The position numbers were made by a program, and so were the translations under genes. Shown here piece after piece: positions 30,646-40,797 of a stretch of 64,000 bases of DNA. The stretch covers positions 535,410 to 599,409 of the forward strand of contig CAWECG010000001.1 in the NCBI GenBank assembly GCA_963807605.1. Reading direction: 5' to 3'. How positions within the stretch are numbered: position 1 is the first letter of the stretch; each line of letters begins with the position of its first letter. The notes beneath the pieces are model-generated. The model saw only the letters and a list, made by a program, of their open reading frames with translations. It did no database searches and had not been told where the DNA came from. This DNA comes from Candidatus Bathyarchaeota archaeon (GTDB lineage: Archaea; Thermoproteota; Bathyarchaeia; 40CM-2-53-6; RBG-13-38-9).

Positions 30646-31067
30646 CAAGCACATCCTAATTTGGACATTTTTTATTCATAATCTTAGACCCTAGACATCC
30701 TAAGATTCAAAACTTTAGAACCTAAGCGAATTGGCCTCCTGAATGTAAAGTCTGAATATTCCGACACCCTGTGAATCCCTACTTTGGGCTGTTTTTCAGC
30801 CTGTCCCCAACCTTCTTTCTGCTCTTTCTTAGCTGAAACTCTGCTTGGTTGACAGTTCAAAACTATAGTCTAAAGCTATCCTGGCCCACCAAAATTCTTG
30901 AAGTATGCCATATGCCCCTGCACCAAGTCCTGGTACAACGATGCCCATCATGACGCGCGCCAGCCCCGTCCGATCATGGAATTGGAAACGATGTGTGGTC
31001 GTGCTAGCCAAGATTTGTATTGGCTATTCCTTTAATACGGTCGTCGCAAATTTCATCACGAGACAAG

Positions 31068-31958
31068 ATGAGATTAGAAGACATTAAGAGAGTGGGTGTG
31101 CTCGGATGCGGATTAATGGGGAGCGGCATTGCTCAAGTATGTGCGCAGAATGGATACTATGTGTACGTACGCGAATTGAGTTCTGACCTTTTAGCGCGTG
31201 GGCTAGGTTCGATTAAGGAATCAATCTACAAGCATATGGTGGAAAAAGGAAAAATTAGGAGCGAGCAGGCTGAGGCCATACTATCCAGAATTAAAGGAAC
31301 TGCCGATATGGCCGAAGCTGTTATGAATGTCGATATCGTCATAGAGACGACCCCGGAAGATTTGGAGACGAAGAAAGAAGTCTTTGCGGAGGTGGAGAAA
31401 TTTTCGCCCCACCATACCATCTTCGCCTCAAATACCTCATCACTAATGATTACTGAGATCGCTTCAGCCATCAAGCGAAAAGAGAAACTCATAGGTATGC
31501 ACTGGTTCTATCCACCACAAGTCATGAAATTAGTGGAAGTAACCAGGGGTATGCTGACCTCTGACGAGACCTATAACATAATCAACGAGTTTTCAGTTAA
31601 GCTAGGAAAAGTTCCGGTTACTTCGAGAGACTCTCCAGGCTTCGTAGTCGTGAGGCTGCTGGCCGGATTTATGGCTGATGCCATACGATGCGCTGAGGCG
31701 GGAGTAATGAGCCTAGAAGATATCGATAAAGCCTGCAAGCTGGGACTTAACCATCCTATGGGACCATTCGAACTTATGGACTTTACAGGGCTAGATACAT
31801 ATTTGAGAATCTATGAGTATATCTACAAGAAAACAGGGGACCCAAGATTTCATCCACCATTGCTTCTGGAAAAAATGGTTGCCAGCGGACATCTGGGAAG
31901 AAAAAGCGGCAGAGGCTTCTATCATTACGATTCAGAACGGCCCACCAACGAGAAATAA
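31068..31958 (+). CDS. hbd: 3-hydroxybutyryl/3-hydroxyacyl-CoA dehydrogenase
   Basis: GCGLMGSGIAQ, ASNTSS, GMHWFYP, HPMGPFEL, GRKSGRGFY. Confidence 0.9.
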   Translation: MRLEDIKRVGVLGCGLMGSGIAQVCAQNGYYVYVRELSSDLLARGLGSIKESIYKHMVEKGKIRSEQAEAILSRIKGTADMAEAVMNVDIVIETTPEDLETKKEVFAEVEKFSPHHTIFASNTSSLMITEIASAIKRKEKLIGMHWFYPPQVMKLVEVTRGMLTSDETYNIINEFSVKLGKVPVTSRDSPGFVVVRLLAGFMADAIRCAEAGVMSLEDIDKACKLGLNHPMGPFELMDFTGLDTYLRIYEYIYKKTGDPRFHPPLLLEKMVASGHLGRKSGRGFYHYDSERPTNEK

Positions 31959-32282
31959 ATGGCGCGCGCGTCTCGCTACAAGAGAATCAAGGTCACAAAG
32001 AAGATTCAAGAAATACGTGTCGGAATCGCTGAGCAGCAGCCCCCAGAAAGTGAAGCGGGCCCCCACATTTTTCGACATAATCATCCTTGTAGAGTCTTGT
32101 TTCGAGTTTTGGCGAGGATGAAATGTGGTCTTTGAAGAGTTCGAACAGGTTTGTGTACTTAGCTAACCGGTCCAAAATGCGCTGTTTGATGTTCTGGTTG
32201 TCCATGATTCTACTACTGCCTCCATTCAGCCATAGTTCACGTTCCGAAACTGGGTTAAAGTTTCACGATCAAATATGATATT

Positions 32283-32891
32283 ATGCGTGATGGGATGGCC
32301 GTGAAACAAGAAACCGATGATGTCCGAAAATTCAACCGCAGATCAGCGACGTACGAGAATTCATTTGAACAGTGGCTCATCTTCGATCGAGTGCAAAGAG
32401 CGGTGCTGGGCTTGGTCGAAGGCGAAGCTAATCCAGAAAGTATCTTGGATGTCGGCTGCGGAACTGGGCGACTGCTACGCAAAGCTAGGGAGCGTTGGCC
32501 TAATGCGCGACTGATTGGTGTTGACCCTGCGGAAGGAATGATAGAGAAGGCTCGTCTCTTGACACCCAACGCCACCTTCTATGTGAGCATGGCAGAGTCT
32601 CTGCCTCTAGCCGATGCGTCAGTCAACCTAGTTTTTAGCACTTCCTCTTTTCACCACTGGCGAGACAACGTTCAGGGAGTGCGTGAAGTCAGGCGTGTTC
32701 TGCGTCCTGGGGGGCGCTTCTTCTTGGCGGATATTTGGCCACCCTTGGGATTGTCTAAGATCTACCGTCACTTCAGGCCTAATAACCCCGCCAGAGTGCG
32801 AGATGTTTTTGTTCAGACCGGCTTGAACATTCAAGCGCAACGAAAGTTAATGGGGCGATTCCTACTCGTTACAGCTGGGATACGACAGTAA
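32283..32891 (+). CDS. Class I SAM-dependent methyltransferase (UbiE-like)
   Basis: ILDVGCGTG, SFHHW, RVLRPGG. Confidence 0.9.
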   Translation: MRDGMAVKQETDDVRKFNRRSATYENSFEQWLIFDRVQRAVLGLVEGEANPESILDVGCGTGRLLRKARERWPNARLIGVDPAEGMIEKARLLTPNATFYVSMAESLPLADASVNLVFSTSSFHHWRDNVQGVREVRRVLRPGGRFFLADIWPPLGLSKIYRHFRPNNPARVRDVFVQTGLNIQAQRKLMGRFLLVTAGIRQ

Positions 32892-32912
32892 CTTAGCGGG
32901 GTATGCCGTATA

Positions 32913-33602
32913 CCTAGCTGGTGAGCACACACAATCAATACCTAACGGTTCAGAGTATCCCTACGAGAGTCAGAATTCCCAGTACCATGAATATGATAGC
33001 TGACACTCTTTTGACTTTGTCAATTGAAACTCGCCTGCTTAATTGGTTCGCTAAAACTATGCTCAACCCACTGACAAAGGCTAATGCCGACAATGCGCCC
33101 AGAAATACAGCCAGTGGCTCCACAAAACGCGCGGCAAGGGCGATTGTCACAATTTGGGTTTTGTCGCCAAGCTCTGTCAATATTACCATTGCTGATGAAG
33201 CGAGAAAGGGGTTTTTCACATTGGGTTGTTTGAGACCTGTTCTAACATTCGCCTTGAGCATAATCAACCCAATGACTAGGAACATCAAACCAGACGCGAA
33301 CTTTAGTATCGAAAATGGAATCATCGTTAGAAGCGCTTGTCCTATTAGAACCGCCGAGCCTTCCATAATAGTGAAACCAAGAATTATGCCTAGGAAGATC
33401 GAAAGGGGTTTCTTAGTGCTTGCGGCCAGCGTAATCATGCCGAGCTGGGTTTTGTCACCAAATTCAGCCATCGCGATAGACAGCAAAGATATTACGAAAG
33501 CCTCAACTATTCGATCTAAGATTTTTATCTCCCAACCCTGGGGATTTCTGAAGTTGTTCTACTCCCTTAAGAATCTACACCCTGGCTGGTGAGCACACAC
33601 AA
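32913..33602 (+). repeat. 22-bp direct repeat CCT(A/G)GCTGGTGAGCACACACAA flanking the UPF0016 gene
   Basis: Copies at 32913-32934 and 33581-33602, one mismatch. Confidence 0.85.
32950..33486 (-). CDS. TMEM165/GDT1 (UPF0016) Mn2+/Ca2+ transporter
   Basis: Two E-x-GDKTQ motifs. Confidence 0.92.
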   Translation of the reverse strand: MLSIAMAEFGDKTQLGMITLAASTKKPLSIFLGIILGFTIMEGSAVLIGQALLTMIPFSILKFASGLMFLVIGLIMLKANVRTGLKQPNVKNPFLASSAMVILTELGDKTQIVTIALAARFVEPLAVFLGALSALAFVSGLSIVLANQLSRRVSIDKVKRVSAIIFMVLGILTLVGIL

Positions 33603-33664
33603 AAAAAATAACCTGCTTAGCGCGCGCTAATAATCTTATAAACGCAATGCAACCATAGCATATT

Positions 33665-33898
33665 TTGTGGATTAATTTGAACGAGATCTTTTCTATGGTA
33701 GCGCCTTTACTTCAGGCTTCTGCGTCATCTATGCTGAATTCTGCTTACAAGTGGTTGCTGACACTGAATCCAATCGTTCTGATAATTCTAGGCGTGATCG
33801 TATTCTTCGCGGGCAAGCTAGCGAAATGGGTTGGCGTCATAATGGTTATCGTAGGAATAATCTTCCTCGCCTTGCCCTACCTATTAAAACTCATTTAG
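33665..33898 (+). CDS. Small membrane protein
   Basis: Two TM helices; TATA-like TTATAAA upstream. Confidence 0.6.
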   Translation: MWINLNEIFSMVAPLLQASASSMLNSAYKWLLTLNPIVLIILGVIVFFAGKLAKWVGVIMVIVGIIFLALPYLLKLI

Positions 33899-33923
33899 GC
33901 CACAACGCGTGTGATTTCTGTTA

Positions 33924-34312
33924 TTACTCGAGGAGCCGCCAGACAAGTGCGGCGATGAGTCCTCCAATGATAGGGGCGACCCAGAATAACCAGAGCTGGC
34001 TCAAGGCGACACTCCCAACTACGACTGCTGGACCCAGGCTTCTAGCCGGATTCACAGACGTGCCCGTTACCGGAATCCCGACGAGGTGGATGAGGACAAG
34101 ACTCAGTCCAATGGAAATACCCGCGAAACCCTTGGGAGCTCTCTCCCCAGTCGATCCATAGATAACAAGCAAAAAGATGAATGTCAAAATGACTTCCGTG
34201 GCGAATCCGGAAATCATAGAGAATCCGCCTGGCGAGGCCTGATCGTATCCGTTCTGACCTAACCCATTAACAGCGAGACTGTATCCGGGATTTCCAACGG
34301 CAACGCCATAAA
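33924..34312 (-). pseudogene. aqpZ: Aquaporin Z, C-terminal half only
   Basis: ALYGVAVGNPGY...GQNGY..SPGGFSM...GTSVNPARS..QLWLFWVAP; first NPA half absent; cut at the 12-bp (GC)n run 34313-34324. Confidence 0.9.
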
Positions 34313-34378
34313 GCGCGCGCGCGCTAACCTAATGGTACACAAAAAAATAAGAGAGGCCAGAAGCGTGCGCTAATTGTG

Positions 34379-34573
34379 CTAAGCTGGTTTGATAGCGCTC
34401 TGTAACTTGGACATTAAGTCCGGGGAAAGGGCAGCCATTCCATGAGTCTTAGCGTGTTCCATCCCTTGTTTAAGTAGATCGTCTTTGGTCTCCGCATTCA
34501 ACTCAGTGGTGCACCCTGATATTGGACACTTCAATTTGAAAGCCACAGTAGTCACCTCGCTAATAATAACCAC
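34379..34573 (-). CDS. DUF1059 small metal-binding protein
   Basis: LKCPISGC...AETKDDL...EHAKTH. Confidence 0.75.
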   Translation of the reverse strand: MVIISEVTTVAFKLKCPISGCTTELNAETKDDLLKQGMEHAKTHGMAALSPDLMSKLQSAIKPA

Positions 34574-34798
34574 TTATGCAGCGTATATAGGATGCCTCTA
34601 GTTGGCTGATACATGCTACGATTCGGGGTACGTCCAAAGGACTTCTGTTAGTTCTTCGCTCAACTGAGCCTCGTACGCCATCAGGTTTCTGAGGGCTTTG
34701 ACTATTGAGATTCCCTTGAAGGGCGCGCGAATTTGAATTGCCGTTCTAGTGGACGCGTCAACTCTGCTTAGTCCGTACAAATATCCGATGGACGTTGA

Positions 34799-36267
34799 CT
34801 ATTCTTCTTGGACAATCCACGCTTTCGGGATATTCTTCGCCTTGTAGAATTGCCATTTGATGTGACGAATGATATTCGCTAGAAATACTTCTCCTTGATG
34901 GTAAGTTCTCTCCAGAACCGCGTCTCTGGACAGAAAGACTTCCTTCAACTCTTGTTGTTCTTTCTTCGGCGCGAAGAACACGTATATGGGAACACCAATC
35001 GCGAACAGAATGGCAGAGGTTAGGATCTGTTGGCCATTTACTTGTGTCATCAAGAAGAGCGAAAAGATTACACCCAACGCTGGGATTACTGTGACTTGCC
35101 AAGTTCTGGTTCGTGCATTTGTATGCCTCCTTTCAAGCAGAAAGGCGGATATGCACGTTGCTAAATAAGCGAAGGAGAGCAGAAACACCGAGCTGTTGAT
35201 TAGCGCAACAAGCTGTTCGTAATGCTTGCAACAAAAGCCGTTGCGCACAGAACAATTATGCCTATGTACGGTGTGTGATATGATCTCTGCAATCGGCTGA
35301 ATGCTCTAGGTAGCAGTCCGTCGATTGACATTGCAAAGGCTAGCCTAGACGTCCCAATACTCCCGGATTCGTCTGCCCCGAGAATGGAGACAAGTGCACC
35401 TATCGTCAATATCAGTCCTCCAAGCATTGCCGCGGTCGACGAAACGCCCAACACGTTCGCAGCAGCAACGGCCAACGGTGCTGATGACGAGGCCAGAGTC
35501 CGTTGATCTACCACCCCGATCACAACAACATTAGTAACAATATAGAACACTGCGACGATCAGCATGCCCAAAATAAGAGCCTTAGGTAGAGTCTTCCTCG
35601 GATGTTGAATTTCATCCGCTGGCAGACTGGAAAGCTCAAAACCAGCATAGGCCCAGAAAATCAGCACTAACGTTTGTCCTACGTTCGAAAGATCACCGTG
35701 CAGGAACGGTTGGAAGTGCGCAGCCGCTAAACTGGGCTGCAATCCCATGAATACCACGCCTAAACATATGAGAAGCAACAGAGGACCCAGTTTCACAATA
35801 GTCAAGAAGTCATTGAACTTCCCGGCCGTCTTGACTCCGTAAATGTTGGTCAAAATGATCGTAACAATAAACGCTCCTTTCAGTAGCAATTGAGATAGCG
35901 GATCCAAGTTCGGATCCAATGCAAGAAAATATTGAGTGAAGGCGACTGGAAATACTGCTAATGAAAACCATTCAGCCAAAAGAAGGGCCCAGCCTACCAT
36001 GAAACCCCCAAATGACCCTGCCACCTCTTTCGTGTAAGCATAGGAGCCGCCGACCCTGGGTAGGTAAGTGGCGCAGTAAGCGAAACATAGGGCGATCACA
36101 ATTGCAATGATTCCCCCAACGATCCAAATCAGAAGGGAAGCAGGTCCAAGAAGTCTAGCACTAAGTGCGGGGACCACAAAGATATCCGCACCAATAGCTG
36201 AACCAATCACGAGACTTGTAGTGTCAAACGTGTTCAGCTGCCGGCGTAGAGTCACTTTCCTAGTCAA
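34799..36267 (-). pseudogene. APC family amino acid permease, frameshifted near 35210
   Basis: GSAIGADIF, GGSYAY, FWAYAGFE; C-terminus LVALINSSV.. in another frame (one base missing). Confidence 0.85.
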
Positions 36268-36322
36268 ATCAACTCACGCAGCAGGATCAACACCAAAGAT
36301 CCACCATAGAGAAGAGCGTATG

Positions 36323-36617
36323 CTACCTGTTCGTGGGATGCCTTACCGCGCTGCTGGTTCCGGTTTGACACTGGTTCCGTGCTAATGAACACAGGGGGTC
36401 CCAGAAAGACAAGACTGCGGGCACCGTATCAAGGATTTTCAGGAGTTCTGGAGGCAGATACTCTTTCCTCACAATAACCTCGTAGAAATATTCGTCGAAC
36501 CATTCATCCATCAAGTACATGTATCCTTGATCCCCCTATCGCGGGTCCCCAGCCGTTTTCAACTCGCCATTTCCTTGGCTTGCCATGCTCATCGAGGTCA
36601 ACCCTCGTAATCACCAT
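36323..36617 (-). pseudogene. pepC: Aminopeptidase C/bleomycin hydrolase (peptidase C1B) C-terminal fragment
   Basis: AMVITRVDLDEHGKPRKWRVENGWG..(frameshift)DQGYMYLMDEWFDEY..WDPLCSLA; begins at (GC)n run 36618-36626, just after the catalytic His position. Confidence 0.85.
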
Positions 36618-36772
36618 CGCGCGCGCTTTCCTGTGTAGTTTTCGATTGGGTACGTTTTCCTGTCGGTGCTATTGGCTTAGGTGTTTAGGCGCTAATTGCT
36701 TAAGCCCTTTCGAGTTGTGCGCCCTCAGCCGTGCTACTTGCGCTTGCTGAGTTAAACAACCAAACCTCTATA

Positions 36773-37336
36773 CTATTTTTTTTCATTCAATAGGATTTCG
36801 ACAGTCCACTTTGCAGTTTTCCCCACAACATTTTGGCACTTGTCTCCCTTTGCCTTGTTGAATTCTTCATGTTCCTTGGGGTCCCAGAGGTTGAAAGACC
36901 TTCCAATAATTTTCGTCTGGACATCTTTGCAGATGGCGCTTCCAAACTCTTCTATGAACCGGTCATGGAGCTTCTTGCCCAGTACCATGCCCTTCTCTCT
37001 TTCTCCAAGATTCGAGAAATCTGCCCTGCCATACCTTTGGCTTATCGCTGCCACTCCGCCTGACAAGGCGCCACATGTGCCATCTCCTGCACGGACCAAT
37101 CCTCCAGCTAGACCGTCCATCGTCTTAAAGATCTCACGGCTTCGACCTCCCAAGACTTCGCTCACAGCTGCAAAGGCACATTGTGAGCAACCTCCATGAG
37201 CCTTGGTATAGTTGAAACCCAAATCATAAGCACGTTTCATCAAGTCTTCTTTGCTTGATTTCACCAAATATGTCACCAGACCACTTTGCATTCGCACTGT
37301 TTGGCCAACGGTAGCATTAGCAATCTCTAAAAACAT
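36773..37336 (-). CDS. C_GCAxxG_C_C family redox-active protein (true start probably downstream)
   Basis: GCSQ, TCGALSGG, FGSAIC, KC. Confidence 0.85.
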   Translation of the reverse strand: MFLEIANATVGQTVRMQSGLVTYLVKSSKEDLMKRAYDLGFNYTKAHGGCSQCAFAAVSEVLGGRSREIFKTMDGLAGGLVRAGDGTCGALSGGVAAISQRYGRADFSNLGEREKGMVLGKKLHDRFIEEFGSAICKDVQTKIIGRSFNLWDPKEHEEFNKAKGDKCQNVVGKTAKWTVEILLNEKK

Positions 37337-37632
37337 TTTGGATAGTGTGTACGCGTGGATACCTGCGGAATGTGAAGGTCAAGGATTTGACTCTTGGGCG
37401 CCTGACGCGCACGTCATTTATATGGGTAATCAGTCAGAGGATAGAGCGCGGGCTATCACCGCATCGACGATAGAACAAACCTAAGCCAGATAATCGAGTT
37501 TCGTCGTCGCTCACGAAAAGAGTTGCACACACAATTTCGTTACACTAGGAAAAAGAACCGCAGGTCTGGGATGCGGATCCAAGACATACGCGCGCGAAAC
37601 GTTAAGTAAGCATCAGGAGCACGTTTCTAGAG

Positions 37633-37818
37633 GTGATGAGCTTAGTGATTACTTTGAAATGTCCTATTGGCGAGTGTATCTTTGAGATAGATGCTCACAC
37701 CTTTGAAGAAGCAATTAGGAAGGCTAGAGATCACGCGAAGGCACAACACAAAATGACTGATCTCCCTCCACACATTATAGAAAAAATTGCACAAGCGTTT
37801 AAGCCCACAATATGGTGA
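37633..37818 (+). CDS. DUF1059 small metal-binding protein (second copy)
   Basis: LKCPIGEC...DHAKAQH. Confidence 0.75.
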   Translation: MMSLVITLKCPIGECIFEIDAHTFEEAIRKARDHAKAQHKMTDLPPHIIEKIAQAFKPTIW

Positions 37819-38262
37819 GCTCGCGCACAACTAACACTACGGACGCGCCCCTCGGATTCCACTGAGGGTCAACAAAGACAAATCATGTTTTTGCCGAGTT
37901 GCGATGTCCCAAGAATGACGAATTCACCTAATTATCCAATTGCGTACGGGCGGCTCACTATAATCTGCTTGTTGAACACCTGCGAAATTGTTTGCCCGCA
38001 TTACGTGGGTTACAATTGTGGCTACACTCTGTGCAGATTAATCCTGATTGGTCTCGCCAGAGGATATCACGCCGAGACGATGTTCTCCAAAAGGACCGCA
38101 CACACAAATCGTAGGAGCCAGCCCGCAGGATATAAGCGGAGTTTAAGCTTCTTTCAACACCAGAGGTCATCTTCAGAAAACTTAATGATAGCAAGGAAAG
38201 ATGAGAGAATTTCAAACATGAATATAATCAACCAATCGTTTTGTTATCCCTATTAAGATCGT

Positions 38263-39201
38263 TTAGAACAAGATGTGGTAAACTCCTACCAATATCAAAG
38301 CTGCACCGATTAATCTAGTCAAGTATGTGCGAATGGAATGGTTTTCGCCCAAGACCTTCGGATTTATTCTGGACACCAAAACACCGATGATAACCGTGAA
38401 AAGCCCCTGCGTGGCAACGAAGGCTTCGGTTAATGATACTGAAAATTTCACAGCGAAAAACATTGCAGCAAGGCTAATGTAAAGCAGAGTGATTTCCAGA
38501 ATGGCAGACGGTATTGCTTGTTTCCATTTCTCCTTGAAACTTACAATTTCATTTTTCTTCATCACGAAAGGCATGAAAATCAGAAGCAGAGGAATCTGCA
38601 TAATGTGAAACCAGCTAAGATAATTGATGTAATCCATTCCCTGTAGTACAGGTTTGCTTGCAATGCCCATGAAAGCGAATATGAGACAGGTTGCGAAGAA
38701 TAGACCAAGAGACTTGCTCTTGATCAGATTCTTGAAAGTTATACCCTCATTCCAAGAGGTCAACATGGCGCCGAAAACAATCAACAAAATCCAGCCAATT
38801 ATTTGGAAACCGTAAAACTCATGTAACAAGATGAAACTCAACGGAATTACGAATATTGGCCTTGTACTCAAAACAGGATTGGCAGTTGTAATATCGCCAA
38901 TGCTTAGACCATACACGAAAATCAATCCTCCAGTGAAAGCCGCTGATGATGCGATTGTTGTAAGAACCAAGGAATTTACGGATGGAAATACTATCGGAGA
39001 TATTGACCAAGAGACGACTGGGAACACCGCAAGGCTTAGTGCAGTGTAAAGATAGAACCAAGAGACGGCCTGCATTTTGTTTTCTATTGCATACTTGCTT
39101 ACAAGGTTACGGAGAGCAAAGAACAGGCCTGCTACGATAGCCGCAATCATGAAAAATTCCATTGAACCACTACAAGACATTTTGGAGGTTGGGCAAGACA
39201 C
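38263..39201 (-). CDS. EamA/DMT family transporter
   Basis: About 10 TM helices; two EamA-like repeats ending LLIVFG and LILVG. Confidence 0.8.
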   Translation of the reverse strand: MSCPTSKMSCSGSMEFFMIAAIVAGLFFALRNLVSKYAIENKMQAVSWFYLYTALSLAVFPVVSWSISPIVFPSVNSLVLTTIASSAAFTGGLIFVYGLSIGDITTANPVLSTRPIFVIPLSFILLHEFYGFQIIGWILLIVFGAMLTSWNEGITFKNLIKSKSLGLFFATCLIFAFMGIASKPVLQGMDYINYLSWFHIMQIPLLLIFMPFVMKKNEIVSFKEKWKQAIPSAILEITLLYISLAAMFFAVKFSVSLTEAFVATQGLFTVIIGVLVSRINPKVLGENHSIRTYLTRLIGAALILVGVYHILF

Positions 39202-39413
39202 GGGCCTTTTCTACAAGGCTTCGGGTCATCTATTAAAATGTTTAACATTTTGATTTCAGATTTGGGCGCGAGGTCATGAAAAGGACTCCTATTGATAGTG
39301 CGTGGCGAGCTTCCTCCGCGCGCGCGTAAGATAACGATACAATTCGCCATCTGCACACGGAGTCGAAGCAAATTTAGTAGGCCCTTTATAGGCGAACTTG
39401 CCAACTCAAAGTC

Positions 39414-40361
39414 ATGATCAAATTCGGCTTCCAACATCCTAGCTTTACATACGATGGTGAAGGCCACAAAATTTTTGCTTCGGTGAAAACAAAAGCCAAA
39501 CTCGCAGAGGAACTAGGCTTCGACAGCTTCTGGGTCATGGATCATTTCTTTCAGATTCCAAGAGTCGGCGAAATTGAAGAGCCGATGATGGAGGGCTGGT
39601 CGACCATATCGGCCCTCAGCCAAGTTACCGAGAAGATAAGAATAGGGACCCTCGTGTCAGGCAACATATACCGCAATCCAGCCCTTCTTGCCAAGATGGG
39701 TGCCACAGTGGACATTATTTCGAATGGTCGGCTGAACATGGGCGTAGGGGCAGGCTGGTTCGAGACCGAAGCCAAGGCATACTCGATACCCTACTATAAC
39801 GTGGGTGAGAGACTCAAGAGACTCAAGGAAACCTTACAGATAATCCGAGGAATGTGGAGCTCCAAGAAATTCTCATTCAAAGGGGACTATTATCAGATTG
39901 AAGATGCTCTCTGCGAACCAAAGCCAATCCAGAAACCTTACCCGCCCATATGGATCGGAGGGAACGGTGAGAAGGTCACCTTAAAGCTGGTTGCGAAGTA
40001 CGGTGATGCTTGCAACCTTTTCGGAGGACCTAAGACTATTAAGCGCAAACTGGATGTTCTGGCTGCACACTGCAAGACTGTTGGAAGAAATTACAACGAG
40101 ATTCAGAAGACACGTTTAGGCCACATTATCTTGGGCAAGAACGAGTCTGAAGTGAAGGTCATGCTTGCAAAGGAACGCCATCCCGGGGTGAGTGACGAAG
40201 AGTACACAGCCTACGCCACCTATGGAACTCCCGATCAGGTAGTCGGCAAGGTACAGGATTTAGTCGACGCAGGTTTGGATTACCTCATTTTCAATGCCCA
40301 CTTTCCCAACGAAGAGAAGATCCTCCGTCTCTTCGCCGAGAAGGTGATTACCGAATTTTAA
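39414..40361 (+). CDS. LLM class (probably F420-dependent) oxidoreductase
   Basis: GFDSFWVMDH, YRNPALLAKM, PPIWIGG. Confidence 0.92.
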   Translation: MIKFGFQHPSFTYDGEGHKIFASVKTKAKLAEELGFDSFWVMDHFFQIPRVGEIEEPMMEGWSTISALSQVTEKIRIGTLVSGNIYRNPALLAKMGATVDIISNGRLNMGVGAGWFETEAKAYSIPYYNVGERLKRLKETLQIIRGMWSSKKFSFKGDYYQIEDALCEPKPIQKPYPPIWIGGNGEKVTLKLVAKYGDACNLFGGPKTIKRKLDVLAAHCKTVGRNYNEIQKTRLGHIILGKNESEVKVMLAKERHPGVSDEEYTAYATYGTPDQVVGKVQDLVDAGLDYLIFNAHFPNEEKILRLFAEKVITEF

Positions 40362-40797
40362 CACGGCGTGCAGCTGAAGCCGTACCAAACTAAACATGAA
40401 GGGCACTCGGCGTTGCGCTACTCTCTCTTACGTCGAATCGTGCGCCCCAGCATATTCCAGCGCTAAGCTCTTGTACTTCAAACTCTTGTGCGTTGAGATC
40501 CACGTGAGAACCCAGAGACGGCGTCTTGCACATATTTCCTATCGGCTTGTGAACGCACACAAATCATAGTTCAACCTCTGCACTCACTACAGGACACGCA
40601 CATCATATCTAACGGTTCAAATTACGACCCTCTCTCACCAGCTAAGGCACACACGATGGTGTCCGTATTGTTCGGTGTGACTAGAGAAACCACAATCCTT
40701 CATGCTCGTACATAATTAGTGGGTTAACATTGTTCACTAACAATGTTCCACAACGTACATACCTAGAGATTTATTATCGTTACAGCATGGTGAAAAA

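Larger units (their letters stand above)
27293..30771. mobile_element. Non-autonomous cargo transposon with ~85-bp imperfect TIRs and TGAATCC target duplication
   Basis: Left end taggctgtcggaatattc..taggttctaa..tagggtctaag (27293-~27372) is mirrored at ~30683-30771; TGAATCC at 27286-27292 and 30772-30778; no transposase inside. Confidence 0.8.
27008..40574. repeat. Perfect 28-bp inverted repeat pair 13.5 kb apart
   Basis: TTGAACTATGATTTGTGTGCGTTCACAA (27008-27035) is the reverse complement of 40547-40574. Confidence 0.85.

Noticed and set aside
27293-30771. Casposon or Tn7 assignment for the cargo element
   Set aside because: No Cas1, PolB or Tns genes; taking TGT..ACA as the ends gives no 5-bp duplication
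37885-38256. ORFs between the DUF1059 and EamA genes
   Set aside because: No recognisable protein in any frame; probably decayed sequence
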